DNA of 64,000 bases from Candidatus Bathyarchaeota archaeon (GCA_963733095.1 CAVTBV010000007.1:96001-160000), one strand, 5' to 3'. Positions 50,062 to 61,754 are shown, counted from the stretch's first letter. Translations and numbers: made by a program. The notes: generated by a model from the sequence alone, not told the origin.

Positions 50062-50702
50062 AAGTCCAATAGTTTCAGTTTATAGAAAAAGCTTACTTCA
50101 AGTTTAGAATATGTAAGAAATAGGAAGCTGGCAGTTTTTCGCCTCAGTGTCCGTTTGGAAAAGCTGCTCTTTATTGACAAAAAAGCTGGCTTATAGCCGG
50201 TAGCCTAAAGTTAGAATTTGATGCTGATTTGAAAAAATGGGAAGAAAGAAAGAGCTTATTTTTGGACTTTTTTTGAAAGCAGAGTGTTCAATGCCATTCA
50301 TTGAGTCCGTTTCTACTTATTTATTATTTTAGGAAGATAATCTTTCGTGGTGCTCTTTCTTTCCATTCTATATTTGGCTGTAACCAAATTTAAAATTAAC
50401 GTGTTGTAGTGCGACTACCACAAATAACCGCAGGTCCCTCCAGCTCAATGAGGTGTATGTGCAAATGTCGGTCTAGATACTGATGCTAAGAGGATATAGT
50501 GATGATAAAATATTTTAGATAAACCTGAGAAGATTCATGCGTTAACTTCTCCTAAAAAAGATCAGTATCAGCAAATAACAAATAATTAATTGAATATTGA
50601 TACAAAGATCAATTGGTTATTGGACAAACAATCAATCTTTACTTGCAATTAATTAATTGATAAAAATAAAAAAAAGAAAGGATTTTTATTGTTTTTTTGC
50701 GG

Positions 50703-53615
50703 TTATGGTTTTTTTCTAAGCATCAGCAGAGCTAGTACAACGCCAACAATCACTATTGCAAGGATTATTGCAATGGATACTGGCAGGAAATACGTTTCAG
50801 ACATTAAAGCAGATGTAGCTGTAGGTGTCGCGGTTGCAGCAGGTGCTTCTGTTACAGTCATGGCGGTTTCTGAGCTTGATGGCCAGTACCCGTTAGTGCC
50901 AGCGAATGTTGCGTAGACAGTGTAGTCACCTGGAACGTTGGGAGTTGCCCAACTGTAGTGGAACATGCCGTTGGTGTCGGTCATCGCATTGCCAATGGTA
51001 ATAGAGTTGCCGTTGGGGTCGATAGCGGTTATCGTCACTGGAACTCCGGTAAAGTTAGTTGGCAGTGGTGCTTGCTGGTAGACGTACCCCATCCATTCTT
51101 TCATGCTTACATCAGAAGATACTGGAACTCCATGCGGGAAGTCAGCTGCCTGCTGGGTCTGGGTAGTGCCTGAGGAAATATCCATCACTGTGCCCTGTAT
51201 GACTACTTTGTTGCCTGCTGTAATCTGGGTCAGCGGCGCCTGTATTGTGGTAGCGCTCGGTCCTCTTCCGATACTGTAGATGTTGTTGTCAAGACCGTTC
51301 ATGCATGCTATGTAACCATCCGCAGTAGCCCATTGCCCACCAGGGCTGGTCCACTCGCTGGGGTAACCTGAAAGCGTCCATATTTCTGTTCCGTCAGTTG
51401 CATTGATAGCCCGGAAAGTACAGCCCTTATAGAACGGGTTAGGCATAGTGTGCTCTTCAGTAGCCAAGTAGACTGCTCCGTTAGCAATAGAGTTTATGAA
51501 GGTCGGATAATCACCGTAAAAGACGTTTAAGCCTGCACTTGTGCTGTTACCTTCACCGCCATTACCGTACGTCCATAAGAGTTGTCCAGTCAAGTCGTTA
51601 TAGCAATAGAGTATTCCTGCGTACCCACTAGTGTAGAGGTTGCCGTAAGCAAGGTTACAACTGTAGGGGTAGCTGGTCGTATAGTAGTCGAAGGGTGCTT
51701 GAGATTGAGTTGTCCATAGAAGTGCGCCTGTATCAAGACTGTACCCCACCCACTGCATAGTTTCTCCATAGTTGACAACGAAGACGCGGGTCTGCCAATC
51801 GATTCCTTCAACACTGAGAGTAAGGTTGCCTGCTGGTGGATCATAGTTCTTCATCCATAGTATAGAGCCGATTGCACCCCTAGAAGCGTTAAGGTTTACA
51901 GCGAACAATGTGTAGGGAAGCTGCGGATAGCCACTGTAGGTTCTCATGTAACCAATAGGTAAGGAAGCGTTTCTGCAAAGCATTACATCGCCGGTGTTAG
52001 CGCCTAGTACAGTCACAGGATTCGATCCAGGAGCTAACGGTGTAACCACTGATCCACTTGGACCAACACTTACCTGCACTCCCAAAGGCATAGTGTTTAG
52101 CCATGGCAACGAAACATTCCAATCATACGTAGTTATCGGTTGAGCATATTGGCCTGTTTGACCAAGAGTTGTGGGGTTGAGTGGGATGTTTGCGTTGACA
52201 GTGATTGTCGAACCGTAAGGAACCGATGCAAAGCCTCCAGTTGGTGTTGTACCTGAGGTGCCTGTGATTGGAACAGGAATGGTTGTAATGAGGACTCCGT
52301 TGCTTGCGTTTATTACTGATGGGTTTAGACTTCCGCCGCCGGTGTATGGATTAACGTCGTATTGCCATAGTTTGGATGAGTTCCATTGAGCCAGATACCA
52401 CTGTGGATTCTGGGCAGTGCCAGCGTTAACAAAGACGTACCTTAGTTGTTCACCGCTTGGACCAGCTACCGCAGTGCCTGAGGGAACACCAGTTACGTTG
52501 AACAGGCGATCGCCAGTATATGCATCAAAGGCTTGTCCAAAGTTGCTTGTGAACAGTATCGGCGAAAAAGTTCCGTGCTGTTCACCGTTCCAAAGGTTGT
52601 AAATGTAGCCGAATGATAGCGCTGGAACATCACTTCGGGACCAAAGTACTTGTCCTGTGCGAAGGTCAACGCAGTCGGTTGGTCCACTGCTGGGGCCTGT
52701 GAATGAGACCACTTCAGTGTAGTAGAGGTATCCGCTGATTATTATCGGATTGCTAAATCTGGGTAGGTATGCAGTGCCTTCGAAGTACTGTGCTCCCTGA
52801 ACACCACCGTCACCAGGAGTTGAGCCTCCAGCAACAAACGGGTTTCCTGAGACAACTCCCCCAAACTGTAGGGGCTTTGTCCACATAACGTGAGAAGTCA
52901 GAGGACCAACGGCGTCACCGTGGTACAAGGTAGTGCTAGTATAGCCTGCTGGAACCGGTGAACCTGTGCCTAGCCAGTCTGAAGAAATCGACCACCAGTC
53001 AGTGCCCTCACCATATATTGGATGTGCCCAGTACTGCACTGGAAGGGGTGTGCTTCCTTTTGCCGCAGGGATTGGCTCTTGTTGGACAGTAAGCGTTGTA
53101 GTTGCAGAACTAGGGGAATAAGAATCACCAACTATTGAAGATTTTTCGTACCCGTTGCCATTAGCTCCGTAGACTTGTCCTGGGAAATCAAAGGTGAATC
53201 TGTATGTGCCAACCTGGTCAGGAGTGATTGTTATGTATTGTGACGATGTTGGATCAGAGATAGTAGCAAAGGTCTGTGTTGTAACTGTGCCGTCAGGTGC
53301 GGTAATGGTGAGCTTGTAGTTTTGGAATCTATAGCTGTTTGCTGTCAATGCTGCGCTAGCTGTGGAAGCATTCGTTCCAATAGCAGGAGTAGACCCTCCG
53401 GCAGCTCCGTAAACCGCATCGAGCCACATGTAAACATGTGCGTTCTGACCTACACCTATAGGGCTAGGAGCTGCAATAATATAGGCATATGTGGGAATAT
53501 CCCATGCTGGGGTATGCGCGTTTGTATTGGGTAATAGAGTCATCGAAGTTCCTATTGAAATTGTTAGAATTGCTGCAATCAAAATAGCTAACATTTTATT
53601 CTTTAATAACTTCAT
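50703..53615 (-). CDS. Large surface-anchored PQQ-like beta-propeller protein, paralog 4
   Basis: Same architecture, closest to paralog 1; ends LMLRKKP. Confidence 0.85.
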   Translation of the reverse strand: MKLLKNKMLAILIAAILTISIGTSMTLLPNTNAHTPAWDIPTYAYIIAAPSPIGVGQNAHVYMWLDAVYGAAGGSTPAIGTNASTASAALTANSYRFQNYKLTITAPDGTVTTQTFATISDPTSSQYITITPDQVGTYRFTFDFPGQVYGANGNGYEKSSIVGDSYSPSSATTTLTVQQEPIPAAKGSTPLPVQYWAHPIYGEGTDWWSISSDWLGTGSPVPAGYTSTTLYHGDAVGPLTSHVMWTKPLQFGGVVSGNPFVAGGSTPGDGGVQGAQYFEGTAYLPRFSNPIIISGYLYYTEVVSFTGPSSGPTDCVDLRTGQVLWSRSDVPALSFGYIYNLWNGEQHGTFSPILFTSNFGQAFDAYTGDRLFNVTGVPSGTAVAGPSGEQLRYVFVNAGTAQNPQWYLAQWNSSKLWQYDVNPYTGGGSLNPSVINASNGVLITTIPVPITGTSGTTPTGGFASVPYGSTITVNANIPLNPTTLGQTGQYAQPITTYDWNVSLPWLNTMPLGVQVSVGPSGSVVTPLAPGSNPVTVLGANTGDVMLCRNASLPIGYMRTYSGYPQLPYTLFAVNLNASRGAIGSILWMKNYDPPAGNLTLSVEGIDWQTRVFVVNYGETMQWVGYSLDTGALLWTTQSQAPFDYYTTSYPYSCNLAYGNLYTSGYAGILYCYNDLTGQLLWTYGNGGEGNSTSAGLNVFYGDYPTFINSIANGAVYLATEEHTMPNPFYKGCTFRAINATDGTEIWTLSGYPSEWTSPGGQWATADGYIACMNGLDNNIYSIGRGPSATTIQAPLTQITAGNKVVIQGTVMDISSGTTQTQQAADFPHGVPVSSDVSMKEWMGYVYQQAPLPTNFTGVPVTITAIDPNGNSITIGNAMTDTNGMFHYSWATPNVPGDYTVYATFAGTNGYWPSSSETAMTVTEAPAATATPTATSALMSETYFLPVSIAIILAIVIVGVVLALLMLRKKP

Positions 53616-54209
53616 TTTTTCTTTCCTCTCAAATTTTAATGTGGCAAGAACACTTGAAATAACGTGCCCCACCAAAACCCAAATTACTAATCGTTGGCTT
53701 TATAAGATTATGGGAAGTACCCACTGGTGACAAAAATCTTCATTATGTATTATTTTAAAAGAGAACCTAAAAGCTTGAAAATTACTACCAATATTTTCAG
53801 ATTTTTTGAAGCATTGCAGTTTGTTAGTTAGGGCTATATTGAACCGATAAAACAAAACAAAAAAATTAGAATCATATATCAGCCTTTGTCCTGATTCTTG
53901 CTTTTTCTCTGTTGTAGCTCTGGTTTTTGTATTTGGGACGCATCGATTTTTTTAAAATAAATTGAACAGAGAAGCAAACATCGATACAAGAATACTTCTG
54001 TTTTATCCTAAAAAAATTGGGATACCGTCCAAGTATATTTCAAACTGATTTGCACTTGGATTTATGTTACTAACATCAGTAATACTGTAGTTATTTTCTG
54101 TAACGCTCACTCAGCACCCTAAAGCAGCAAATCCGATTCGCCCAATTAAGCGCTTCTTGCTCTAAAGTGCAGCGGAGTGCAAAGAAGTAGGGTTCGCCAA
54201 CATACTTGT

Positions 54210-54390
54210 ACACTCACACCCACACTACTCTGCATACACTACACTCTATGTTTAGATATGTGGGCAAACATTCTTCCCACACAAAAACCGCACAAGCCAA
54301 CAAGCCTAAACCAAAAAAGCAACCATATCCAAACCCCACAGTGTAGTGTTAAAACATTAGAACCCCACACCCACACAAAGACAAAAAAAA
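54210..54390. repeat. Near-identical direct repeat, copy 2
   Basis: Matches 45339-45514. Confidence 0.95.
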
Positions 54391-54565
54391 ATTGGAATCT
54401 AAGTTTTGCCTCTCTTCCAGCTAACTGTTATAGACTTCAATTCCAACTCTGGAAGCTAGAAAACCTTAAAAGTTTCTCACCCATCATCTTGGCGCTCAAC
54501 AACGTCAATCTCGACGAAAAAAAGGAAAAGACACTATACTAAAGTGAGTAAGTGAAGGGTTATTA

Positions 54566-56236
54566 ATGGTACAGTACAAGTGGGTTGCACTCTCGAACAC
54601 GACTATTGGCATGTTGATGGCTTCTATCGACATGACTATCGTTTTGATTGCTATGCCATCGATTTTTAGAGGAATAAACATCGATCCCTTCACGTCTTTT
54701 CAGTACCTGCTCTGGATAATGTTCGGCTACAGCATCGTAACCGCCACCCTACTAGTCACCTTCGGCAGACTATCAGACATCTACGGCAGAGTAAAACTCT
54801 ACAACCTAGGCTTCGCCATATTCACCGCCGGCTCCATCCTACTATTCTTAACACCCAGCACAGGCGATGCAGGAGCCATAGAACTAATCATATTCCGCAT
54901 AGTCCAAGGAGTCGGGGCAGCATTCCTTTTCTCCAACAGCGGAGCAATCATAACCGACGCCTTCCCAGAAAATGAACGAGGCAAAGCATTAGGCATCAAC
55001 CAACTAGCCTTCCTTGCAGGCTCACTAATCGGCTTAGTCTTAGGCGGAGTTTTAGCCGTTTACGACTGGCGCTTGGTCTTTTTAGTCAGCGTCCCCGTGG
55101 GAATCATCGGCACAGCTTGGTCTTATTGGAAACTAAAAGAACAAAACATTGCAAGAAAAAAACAGAAAATGGACATATGGGGCAACATAAGCTTCGGCGG
55201 AGGCTTAACTTTGATCTTAGTCGGTATAACCTACGGCTTAACGCCCTACGGGTCATCGCCAATGGGCTGGGGCAACCCGTTTGTAGTCGCAGCACTCTTT
55301 TCAGGAGCCGCCTTGTTGTTTGCGTTTCCCTTCATCGAAAAACGCGTAGCTCAACCCATGTTCAACTTGAGCCTCTTCAAAAACCGCCAATTCGCCACAG
55401 CCAACATCGCCACGTTCCTCAGCGCTATCTCAAGAGGAGGAGTCATGGTGATGCTTGTGGTGCTCTTGCAGGGCATTTGGCTTCCCCTTCACGGCTACAG
55501 CTACGACTCAACCCCATTCTGGGCAGGCATATTCATGCTTCCCATGTCCATAGGTATAGCACTCACTGGACCATTAAGCGGCTGGTTATCAGACAAACAC
55601 GGCGCAAGAATCCTAGCGACAGCTGGCATGCTAATAACGGGCTTAGCGTTCTTAATTTTCACCCTGTTGCCTGCGAACTTTGAATACTTGCCCTTCGCGT
55701 TAATACTCCTCGTTCTGGGCCTCGGTAACGGCATTTTCATGTCGCCCAACATGGCTTCGGTAATGAATTCTTGTCCTAAGGAACACAGAGGCGCCGCGTC
55801 AGGAATGCGTTCGACACTTCAGAACTGTGGGCAAACCATCAGCCAAGCAATCTTCTTTGCTATAATCATCATTTCACTAAACGCAACCCTGCCAGCGGCA
55901 CTAACTACAGCTGTAGCCAATACAGGAGCTCCATCACAGGTCGCGTCAGCATTCAGTCACACACCAGCAGCAGGAGCACTCTTCGGCGCATTCCTAGGCT
56001 ACAACCCCATAGGAACCATGCTTAACGGCATGGGAACACTAGCCACATCACTACCCTCAAGCACCATAAACACTCTGGAAAGCCAAAGCTTTTTCCCCAA
56101 CGCCATCTCCGCGCCCTTCATGACCGCTTTAACAACAGCTTTCATATTCGCAGCAGTCCTATGCTTCATAGCAGCATTGTTCTCAGCACTTAGAGGCGAA
56201 AAAACCGGCTGCCAAGAACAACAAGTCAAAGCCTAA
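54566..56236 (+). CDS. MFS transporter, DHA2/EmrB-QacA type (14 TM)
   Basis: [16 protein letters not shown] and ERGKALG motifs. Confidence 0.92.
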   Translation: MVQYKWVALSNTTIGMLMASIDMTIVLIAMPSIFRGINIDPFTSFQYLLWIMFGYSIVTATLLVTFGRLSDIYGRVKLYNLGFAIFTAGSILLFLTPSTGDAGAIELIIFRIVQGVGAAFLFSNSGAIITDAFPENERGKALGINQLAFLAGSLIGLVLGGVLAVYDWRLVFLVSVPVGIIGTAWSYWKLKEQNIARKKQKMDIWGNISFGGGLTLILVGITYGLTPYGSSPMGWGNPFVVAALFSGAALLFAFPFIEKRVAQPMFNLSLFKNRQFATANIATFLSAISRGGVMVMLVVLLQGIWLPLHGYSYDSTPFWAGIFMLPMSIGIALTGPLSGWLSDKHGARILATAGMLITGLAFLIFTLLPANFEYLPFALILLVLGLGNGIFMSPNMASVMNSCPKEHRGAASGMRSTLQNCGQTISQAIFFAIIIISLNATLPAALTTAVANTGAPSQVASAFSHTPAAGALFGAFLGYNPIGTMLNGMGTLATSLPSSTINTLESQSFFPNAISAPFMTALTTAFIFAAVLCFIAALFSALRGEKTGCQEQQVKA

Positions 56237-56338
56237 CAAGAAATTTTATTCTAATTTTAGCCAACTTGTTTCTTTTTGAACAGCACCGCCAACATGAGTG
56301 TATATAAAACAAGCCCTATCAGAATCCACCCTGACGCT

Positions 56339-56955
56339 TCAGGCAAAAAGGTGTAGCAGTTTGTGGGTTAATCGATTCAGGAGAAGCGGTTTAGTCTTGC
56401 GTGGGGCTGGTATTGCCGTAGGCGACGGTGTTTCAAGGGTAAGTGTACAGCCTGCGGTTGAGGTTAATCCTTCAATGTCCCTGAATTGTGCGGTTACTGT
56501 TACTGTTCGTCGCCGCCTTGCAAGGTCCAAGTTCTAGATGGTTTGTAAGGTTCCCATGCAGACCATGTTGCGTTGTCGTTTGAGAATCGCATTTGGCCGA
56601 TCTATGAAGTGCCGTGAAGTGAGGATAGAGTTAGCGTAATTGTGGGGATTGGGTGATTGTTGCACCCCAGGGTAGATCCTATCAGCTGAAAACGACTCAT
56701 CAAAATCTTGGAAAACCTACCAGCTCCATGGAAGCATACTTGGGTAATATATGACAAGTATAGTCAGGATTACTGCAACTATCAAGGCACCTGTAACGAT
56801 ACTTCTTTTTGCATTGTACGACAGTCCCGCTCTGGCGGCTTTCTTTGAACGCTGACTTGCCATTGGAGCAGGTGTGTTTTTTGCAGTGCTTTTTCGCAAT
56901 ATTCACAAAAAACGGCACGTTCCTTATTTTGTCTGCCACAAAATGGACAAAACAT
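56339..56955 (-). pseudogene. Zinc-ribbon membrane protein, fragmented
   Basis: MFCPFCGRQN...FCEYC, then a TM helix and Ig-like fragment in different frames. Confidence 0.55.
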
Positions 56956-57097
56956 AGTTTTTCTCAAAAATTAACTACCAAGCGAGGGCAATAAAGTTTC
57001 GCTTTAAGGCTTAAAAAATGGGACTTTTCAGTTCCCACTGCTCACTGAACATAACACCATTAAGAAACTAACTGACTTTAAAAACCGGCATGTGCTA

Positions 57098-58831
57098 TTA
57101 CGTTTCTAACGCTTTCGCGGAAGCATTCGCGTAGACTGCCCCGAACTTGTTAACCAAATCTTTTTGAGTATAAATTGAAGAATGTAAATGGAAAAAGTTG
57201 CCCATCCTATCTGTCTCCACCCCAATTCCAATAACGATAACGTTTTTTCTAACCATATCGTCCACACATTCCTTAAGCGAAATTGGCATGTTCGGGTAAC
57301 CATAAGGCCAACCGTCAGAAATAATAATTAGAACTCGCTGCTCTTCAAAGCGTTTCGCTAACATTTTTCCTGCAACCGTAATCGCGTCTGGAATGTATGT
57401 GAGTCCTTGAAACCTCAATCCACCAATCCTTGCTTTTACACGCTTCGAGTAAGATTCCGAGCTGTCTTTGAGAATATAGAGTTTATCACTGAAGGCAAAA
57501 AACGACCACGACGTGGCATCCATCATCAGTTCCTTCGCAGCTTCTGCAACAGCAATAGCCAACGCCCGACCATATTCACCTTTTACCTGCATACTATTGC
57601 TGACATCAAAAATCAACGACCATGCAAAACTCGGCTGCAAATACTCATCCAAATTAAAAACATCCGTCGCAGGCTTATTGGCTGCCAACGACTGAATAAC
57701 AGCTGCCAAATCCAACTGACCCATCTCTTGTCGTGGATCTTCATCAAGATAGTTGTAAGCGGAACGCAAAATATCCAAAAGTCGCCGACTCGCTCCCTGA
57801 ACTAAACTTCTTGCCCTAAGATACTGAGTGTAGTCTTCTTCAGGAAAGGAAATGGACTTGAAACGGGTAAATCCAAGATACGGCTGAAGTTTAGCAATGA
57901 TCTTTTCTTCCCGTTGCTTTTGGTAATGATCTGAATTGAACGCCTGTAGCCCTTCTGCCTCTTGTTCAGGACGCCACAGTTGCTCTATATGATCAACAGT
58001 TGGAACGTCGCCACCTATGGCCATTAGTGATTGCACAAATAAGCCTTCAAAATCATCCTGTGATGTTTCAAAGTCACTATAAATGCTACATCGACCAGTT
58101 ATTTCAGTATGTTTAAGCGAAGGCGCTTCCAAAAACGGTCCAAATGGCTCAAGCAAACCAACTATCGTCTTAACTTTTTCATCAAAAAGATCATCAGCTT
58201 TAATTTCTTCGCCACCAATGGAAGCCATAAATTTTTCTTTGAGCACTAAAATATCGCTGCGGAGCTGATTTACAATTTTTTCTTCTTCTGCACCTGGTGA
58301 ACCTTTCGTTGCACCCATATTTAGCTGAGTAAGCAGAGCAGACATAAGCTTCGTAGAGGACGTGAAAATCCGCTCTGAAGCCTTAATCTTTTGATATGCC
58401 AACGCATTTGCGTATGCTATGTCAAAGAATCTGTCAGGATACCATGCTTGGATATAGGCGTTGATGTAGGTATCATTAATTAACGATTTAGCGAAAGCGT
58501 CCACAATGGAGTCTTTCTCGTTTGGAACGATTCGATCTTTAGAAAACGGAGCCAAAGTATGTGTGGTTAGGTGCATGACGGATGCTCGAAATACCCTTCC
58601 AAGCTTAGATTTACCTGCGCTATCTCCAGCAAAAGTGAGCCCTAAATACCTTATCTTCTTGCCCTCTTCTAGCATCTGAACTGTCGGAAGCTTAATGGTG
58701 AAACCAACATTATCGCCAAGCAAAACAGGTTGCTCTAATGCTTCATCTTGGAGAATTTTTACTTTAGTGTTGTCCTTTTGCAGAGAAGCAGTCCAAGCGT
58801 AATCAATAAACCCCAATGATATTCGCTCCAT
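57098..58831 (-). CDS. vWA-domain protein (NorD/CbbO-like)
   Basis: MIDAS DVSNSM, GLTYIP and IISDGWP; GQLDL motif before the vWA domain. Confidence 0.88.
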   Translation of the reverse strand: MERISLGFIDYAWTASLQKDNTKVKILQDEALEQPVLLGDNVGFTIKLPTVQMLEEGKKIRYLGLTFAGDSAGKSKLGRVFRASVMHLTTHTLAPFSKDRIVPNEKDSIVDAFAKSLINDTYINAYIQAWYPDRFFDIAYANALAYQKIKASERIFTSSTKLMSALLTQLNMGATKGSPGAEEEKIVNQLRSDILVLKEKFMASIGGEEIKADDLFDEKVKTIVGLLEPFGPFLEAPSLKHTEITGRCSIYSDFETSQDDFEGLFVQSLMAIGGDVPTVDHIEQLWRPEQEAEGLQAFNSDHYQKQREEKIIAKLQPYLGFTRFKSISFPEEDYTQYLRARSLVQGASRRLLDILRSAYNYLDEDPRQEMGQLDLAAVIQSLAANKPATDVFNLDEYLQPSFAWSLIFDVSNSMQVKGEYGRALAIAVAEAAKELMMDATSWSFFAFSDKLYILKDSSESYSKRVKARIGGLRFQGLTYIPDAITVAGKMLAKRFEEQRVLIIISDGWPYGYPNMPISLKECVDDMVRKNVIVIGIGVETDRMGNFFHLHSSIYTQKDLVNKFGAVYANASAKALET

Positions 58832-58840
58832 TTACTGCGA

Positions 58841-59740
58841 TTAATTAAATACCGCCTCGAGGATTCTCCTAACGTCAGCTTGAACCTCAACGTTATCGCT
58901 CGTTAACCCAACAAGCGTTTCTTCCGCGGCATCCATTGGCGTGTTTCCATCTTTCACTAATGTAGCCCAGTTAATCAAGTCACCTAAAGAAGGACCATAG
59001 GGCAAATCACCAGCCTTGTATTGCCTTCTTAATTCGGCACCTGCCTGAATAATCTTATATGCTGTATCCTCGTCGATTTTAGTTCTTTTACGCAACATAT
59101 CCACTTCATCAGGCGATATTTTTTCACCGACACTTAAGAAATCGAAGTTAATCCATACAGCCATACGTCGTCTCATGGCAGCGTTTAGGGGTTTGGTGCC
59201 TGAGAACTCGGCGGTAGCTGGGTTCATGCTGATGATCATGTAACCGTATTTGTGGCGTTCGATAACTTCGCTATCTTTCTCGTTTAAAACCAAGTGACCT
59301 CGGGTATCGAGGACTGGGTTGAGTCTTGTGGCGACGTCTTGTTTCATCATGTTGGCTTCGTCAAGGTACATTATGCCGCCTTTCCTGAGCCATTGCGTCA
59401 ATAAGCCGTCGACCCAGTTTTCCTTGCCTAAACCAATAAATCGGCCAATTAAGTCGAAAGATGATGTGGATAAACCGCAGTTTACTTCCCAAATCGGCAA
59501 TCCGGTCAATTCGGCGACAAGGTAGACAATGTGGGTTTTGCCTGTACCTGAGGGACCAATCAGGCTACACTGTTTAAAGTAATAGAGGGCACGTACAATG
59601 CGTTCCACGTAATTTAATCCGTGGTCGAGGTATTCGGGTGTGCCTTTAGGGATCATATCGTCCAAGTGGGCAAAGCTAAAGTTTGGGTGCAGGTCGAATC
59701 GTTGGATGTTGTATTTGTTGTATAGAGGAGAGGTGGACAT
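58841..59740 (-). CDS. MoxR-family AAA+ ATPase, CbbQ/NirQ/NorQ type (may start at ACG 59857)
   Basis: GPSGTGKT, WVDGLL, YLDEAN and SMNP...GTKPLNAAMRRR motifs. Confidence 0.92.
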   Translation of the reverse strand: MSTSPLYNKYNIQRFDLHPNFSFAHLDDMIPKGTPEYLDHGLNYVERIVRALYYFKQCSLIGPSGTGKTHIVYLVAELTGLPIWEVNCGLSTSSFDLIGRFIGLGKENWVDGLLTQWLRKGGIMYLDEANMMKQDVATRLNPVLDTRGHLVLNEKDSEVIERHKYGYMIISMNPATAEFSGTKPLNAAMRRRMAVWINFDFLSVGEKISPDEVDMLRKRTKIDEDTAYKIIQAGAELRRQYKAGDLPYGPSLGDLINWATLVKDGNTPMDAAEETLVGLTSDNVEVQADVRRILEAVFN

Positions 59741-60114
59741 GGGACGCTCTTTGTCGAGAGATACGGTTACTTTGAATTTGTCTTGTTTGAGCGAGGATAC
59801 CTCTTGTATTCGGCTTGCTGCTTGTTTTTCTTTTAGCCCTTGGTGACCGTAGCTCGTTTTACCGCCTCCTCTAAGGCGATAGAGTGCATGAACAAGATAA
59901 ATAAGTATTATTGATTGCTACTCCATATATAAAATTCAGATGTCCCCTCAACAAACTCAACCACCAAAAACCCAAAACTACAACGCGGCAAAAAGCCAAC
60001 AGACAAAATAAGTGATTTTGGTGCTTCAAAATACTGTGTAGAGCTACATAACAGGTCTTCAGAACACTTTTATACCTTATCTCAAACCTTAAGACAACAG
60101 AGGCAAAACCTGAT

Positions 60115-60483
60115 ATGGGCACAATAATGATAGTTGACGACGCTTCATTCATGCGAGCCGTACTCAAAAAAATAGTGCTACAAGCAGGACATGAAGTAAT
60201 CGCTGAAGCAACAAACGGCGACGACGCAATAAATCAGTTTCAGAAGTCTCAACCCGACTTAGTACTGATGGACATAGTTATGCCTCCTGGACCAAAAGCA
60301 AAAGACGGCATAGAAGCGCTAAAACAAATAGTTTCAGGCAACCCCACAGCCAAAGTTGTGATGTGCAGTTCCATGGGGCAACAAGCCCTGATAGCTGAAG
60401 CCCTCAAATCAGGAGCGAAAGATTTCGTCATAAAACCTTTCCAACCACAAAAAGTATTCGAAGTTCTAACCAAATATTGCTGA
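60115..60483 (+). CDS. cheY: Chemotaxis response regulator
   Basis: IVDDASFMR, MDIVMP, CSSMGQQ and DFVIKPF motifs. Confidence 0.93.
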   Translation: MGTIMIVDDASFMRAVLKKIVLQAGHEVIAEATNGDDAINQFQKSQPDLVLMDIVMPPGPKAKDGIEALKQIVSGNPTAKVVMCSSMGQQALIAEALKSGAKDFVIKPFQPQKVFEVLTKYC

Positions 60484-60492
60484 GGCAACCTA

Positions 60493-61092
60493 TTGTACTC
60501 CTTTCCATTAGGCAATGACCCCAAAAAAACGAGCCCAGACATACCAAAATCAGCAATTGCCTACCAACAGATAGAGACGATAAGGATTGACACTGACACA
60601 CACACATATCCGCAAGTGGAAGAGGTTCGAGTGGACATGGCAGGAATGAAAGTGGAAAGCAAACCAGTTGAGCTACTAACAAGTGTTGGATCATGCGTAG
60701 CAATCTGCGTTTACGACTCCATACACAGATGTGGGGGGTTAGCTCACATTATGCTTCCACGCTCCAGCTTTGGACCACAAGAACCTCTTCCATCAAAATA
60801 TGCAGACACAGCAGTTCCAGCCCTCGCAAAAACAATAAGGAAAATTACAAAAACGCAAACTCGCCTTTCAGCCAAAATCGCAGGCGGCGCTAACATGTTT
60901 CAAAACAGTGATGCAAACAGACTAAACATAGGCACAAAAAATGTTAACGCAGTAAAAGCCGCCTTAACACAGAATAAGATACGGCTCGTAGGCGAAGATG
61001 TAGGCGGATGCCATGGAAGAAGAGTATCCTTCAACATCGCCTCAGGCATCACACTTGTTCGTCTTCACAGCGGAGAGATCAAAAAGCTATGA
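60493..61092 (+). CDS. cheD: Chemoreceptor glutamine deamidase
   Basis: GSCVAI, GGLAHIMLP, KYAD, KIAGGANMF and EDVGG..GR motifs. Confidence 0.93.
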   Translation: MYSFPLGNDPKKTSPDIPKSAIAYQQIETIRIDTDTHTYPQVEEVRVDMAGMKVESKPVELLTSVGSCVAICVYDSIHRCGGLAHIMLPRSSFGPQEPLPSKYADTAVPALAKTIRKITKTQTRLSAKIAGGANMFQNSDANRLNIGTKNVNAVKAALTQNKIRLVGEDVGGCHGRRVSFNIASGITLVRLHSGEIKKL

Positions 61093-61754
61093 ACAACGAA
61101 ATCTCTGAAAACTTGCCACAAAAAAATCGCTTAGACGCTTACAAAAGCTTGGATAAACAAAAAATTGATTTAAGCATCCTTCTGGAGCTTGGAAGCATCG
61201 GGGCAAGTCATGCAGCCAAATCCTTATCGGATGTTCTTCAGCAACCAATAACAATCGATGTTCCCCAAATTCACACGCTCAAACCACATTTAATACCCAA
61301 ATTCTACAACCTGCACGAGTTGCCAACAGCCGCCATTTACCTCCAACTTACCGGAATGTACAGTGGCGACATGCTGTTAATGTTCGAACCAATTGAAGGC
61401 AAAAAAATTGCGGCAATGATGTCAATGGTATCCTCGATTGAAGAGCTTGATCCAACTATGGAAATATCAGCTTTGCAGGAGCTTGCAAACATCTTGATCG
61501 GGTCTTTCTTAACTTCAATTTCTGATTTAATTGGAATAGTGCTTCTTCCAACAACTCCCGAAACCGTGATTGATACGTTTGATGCTATTATTGATAATTT
61601 TCTGATTAAGCAATCTATGACTTCGGATAGTGCTATGGTTTTTGAAATCAGGTTTAAGCGCAATGGCGGGGATGCAAATTCGATATTGATGATTTTTCCA
61701 AGTGAAGAACTCAAAGATTTGCTTATTAAATCCAAAGATCTCATCGAGGCATAA
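61089..61754 (+). CDS. cheC: CheY-P phosphatase
   Basis: ELGSIGASHAA and SALQELANILIGSF motifs; ATGA overlap with cheD. Confidence 0.9.
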   Translation: MNNEISENLPQKNRLDAYKSLDKQKIDLSILLELGSIGASHAAKSLSDVLQQPITIDVPQIHTLKPHLIPKFYNLHELPTAAIYLQLTGMYSGDMLLMFEPIEGKKIAAMMSMVSSIEELDPTMEISALQELANILIGSFLTSISDLIGIVLLPTTPETVIDTFDAIIDNFLIKQSMTSDSAMVFEIRFKRNGGDANSILMIFPSEELKDLLIKSKDLIEA

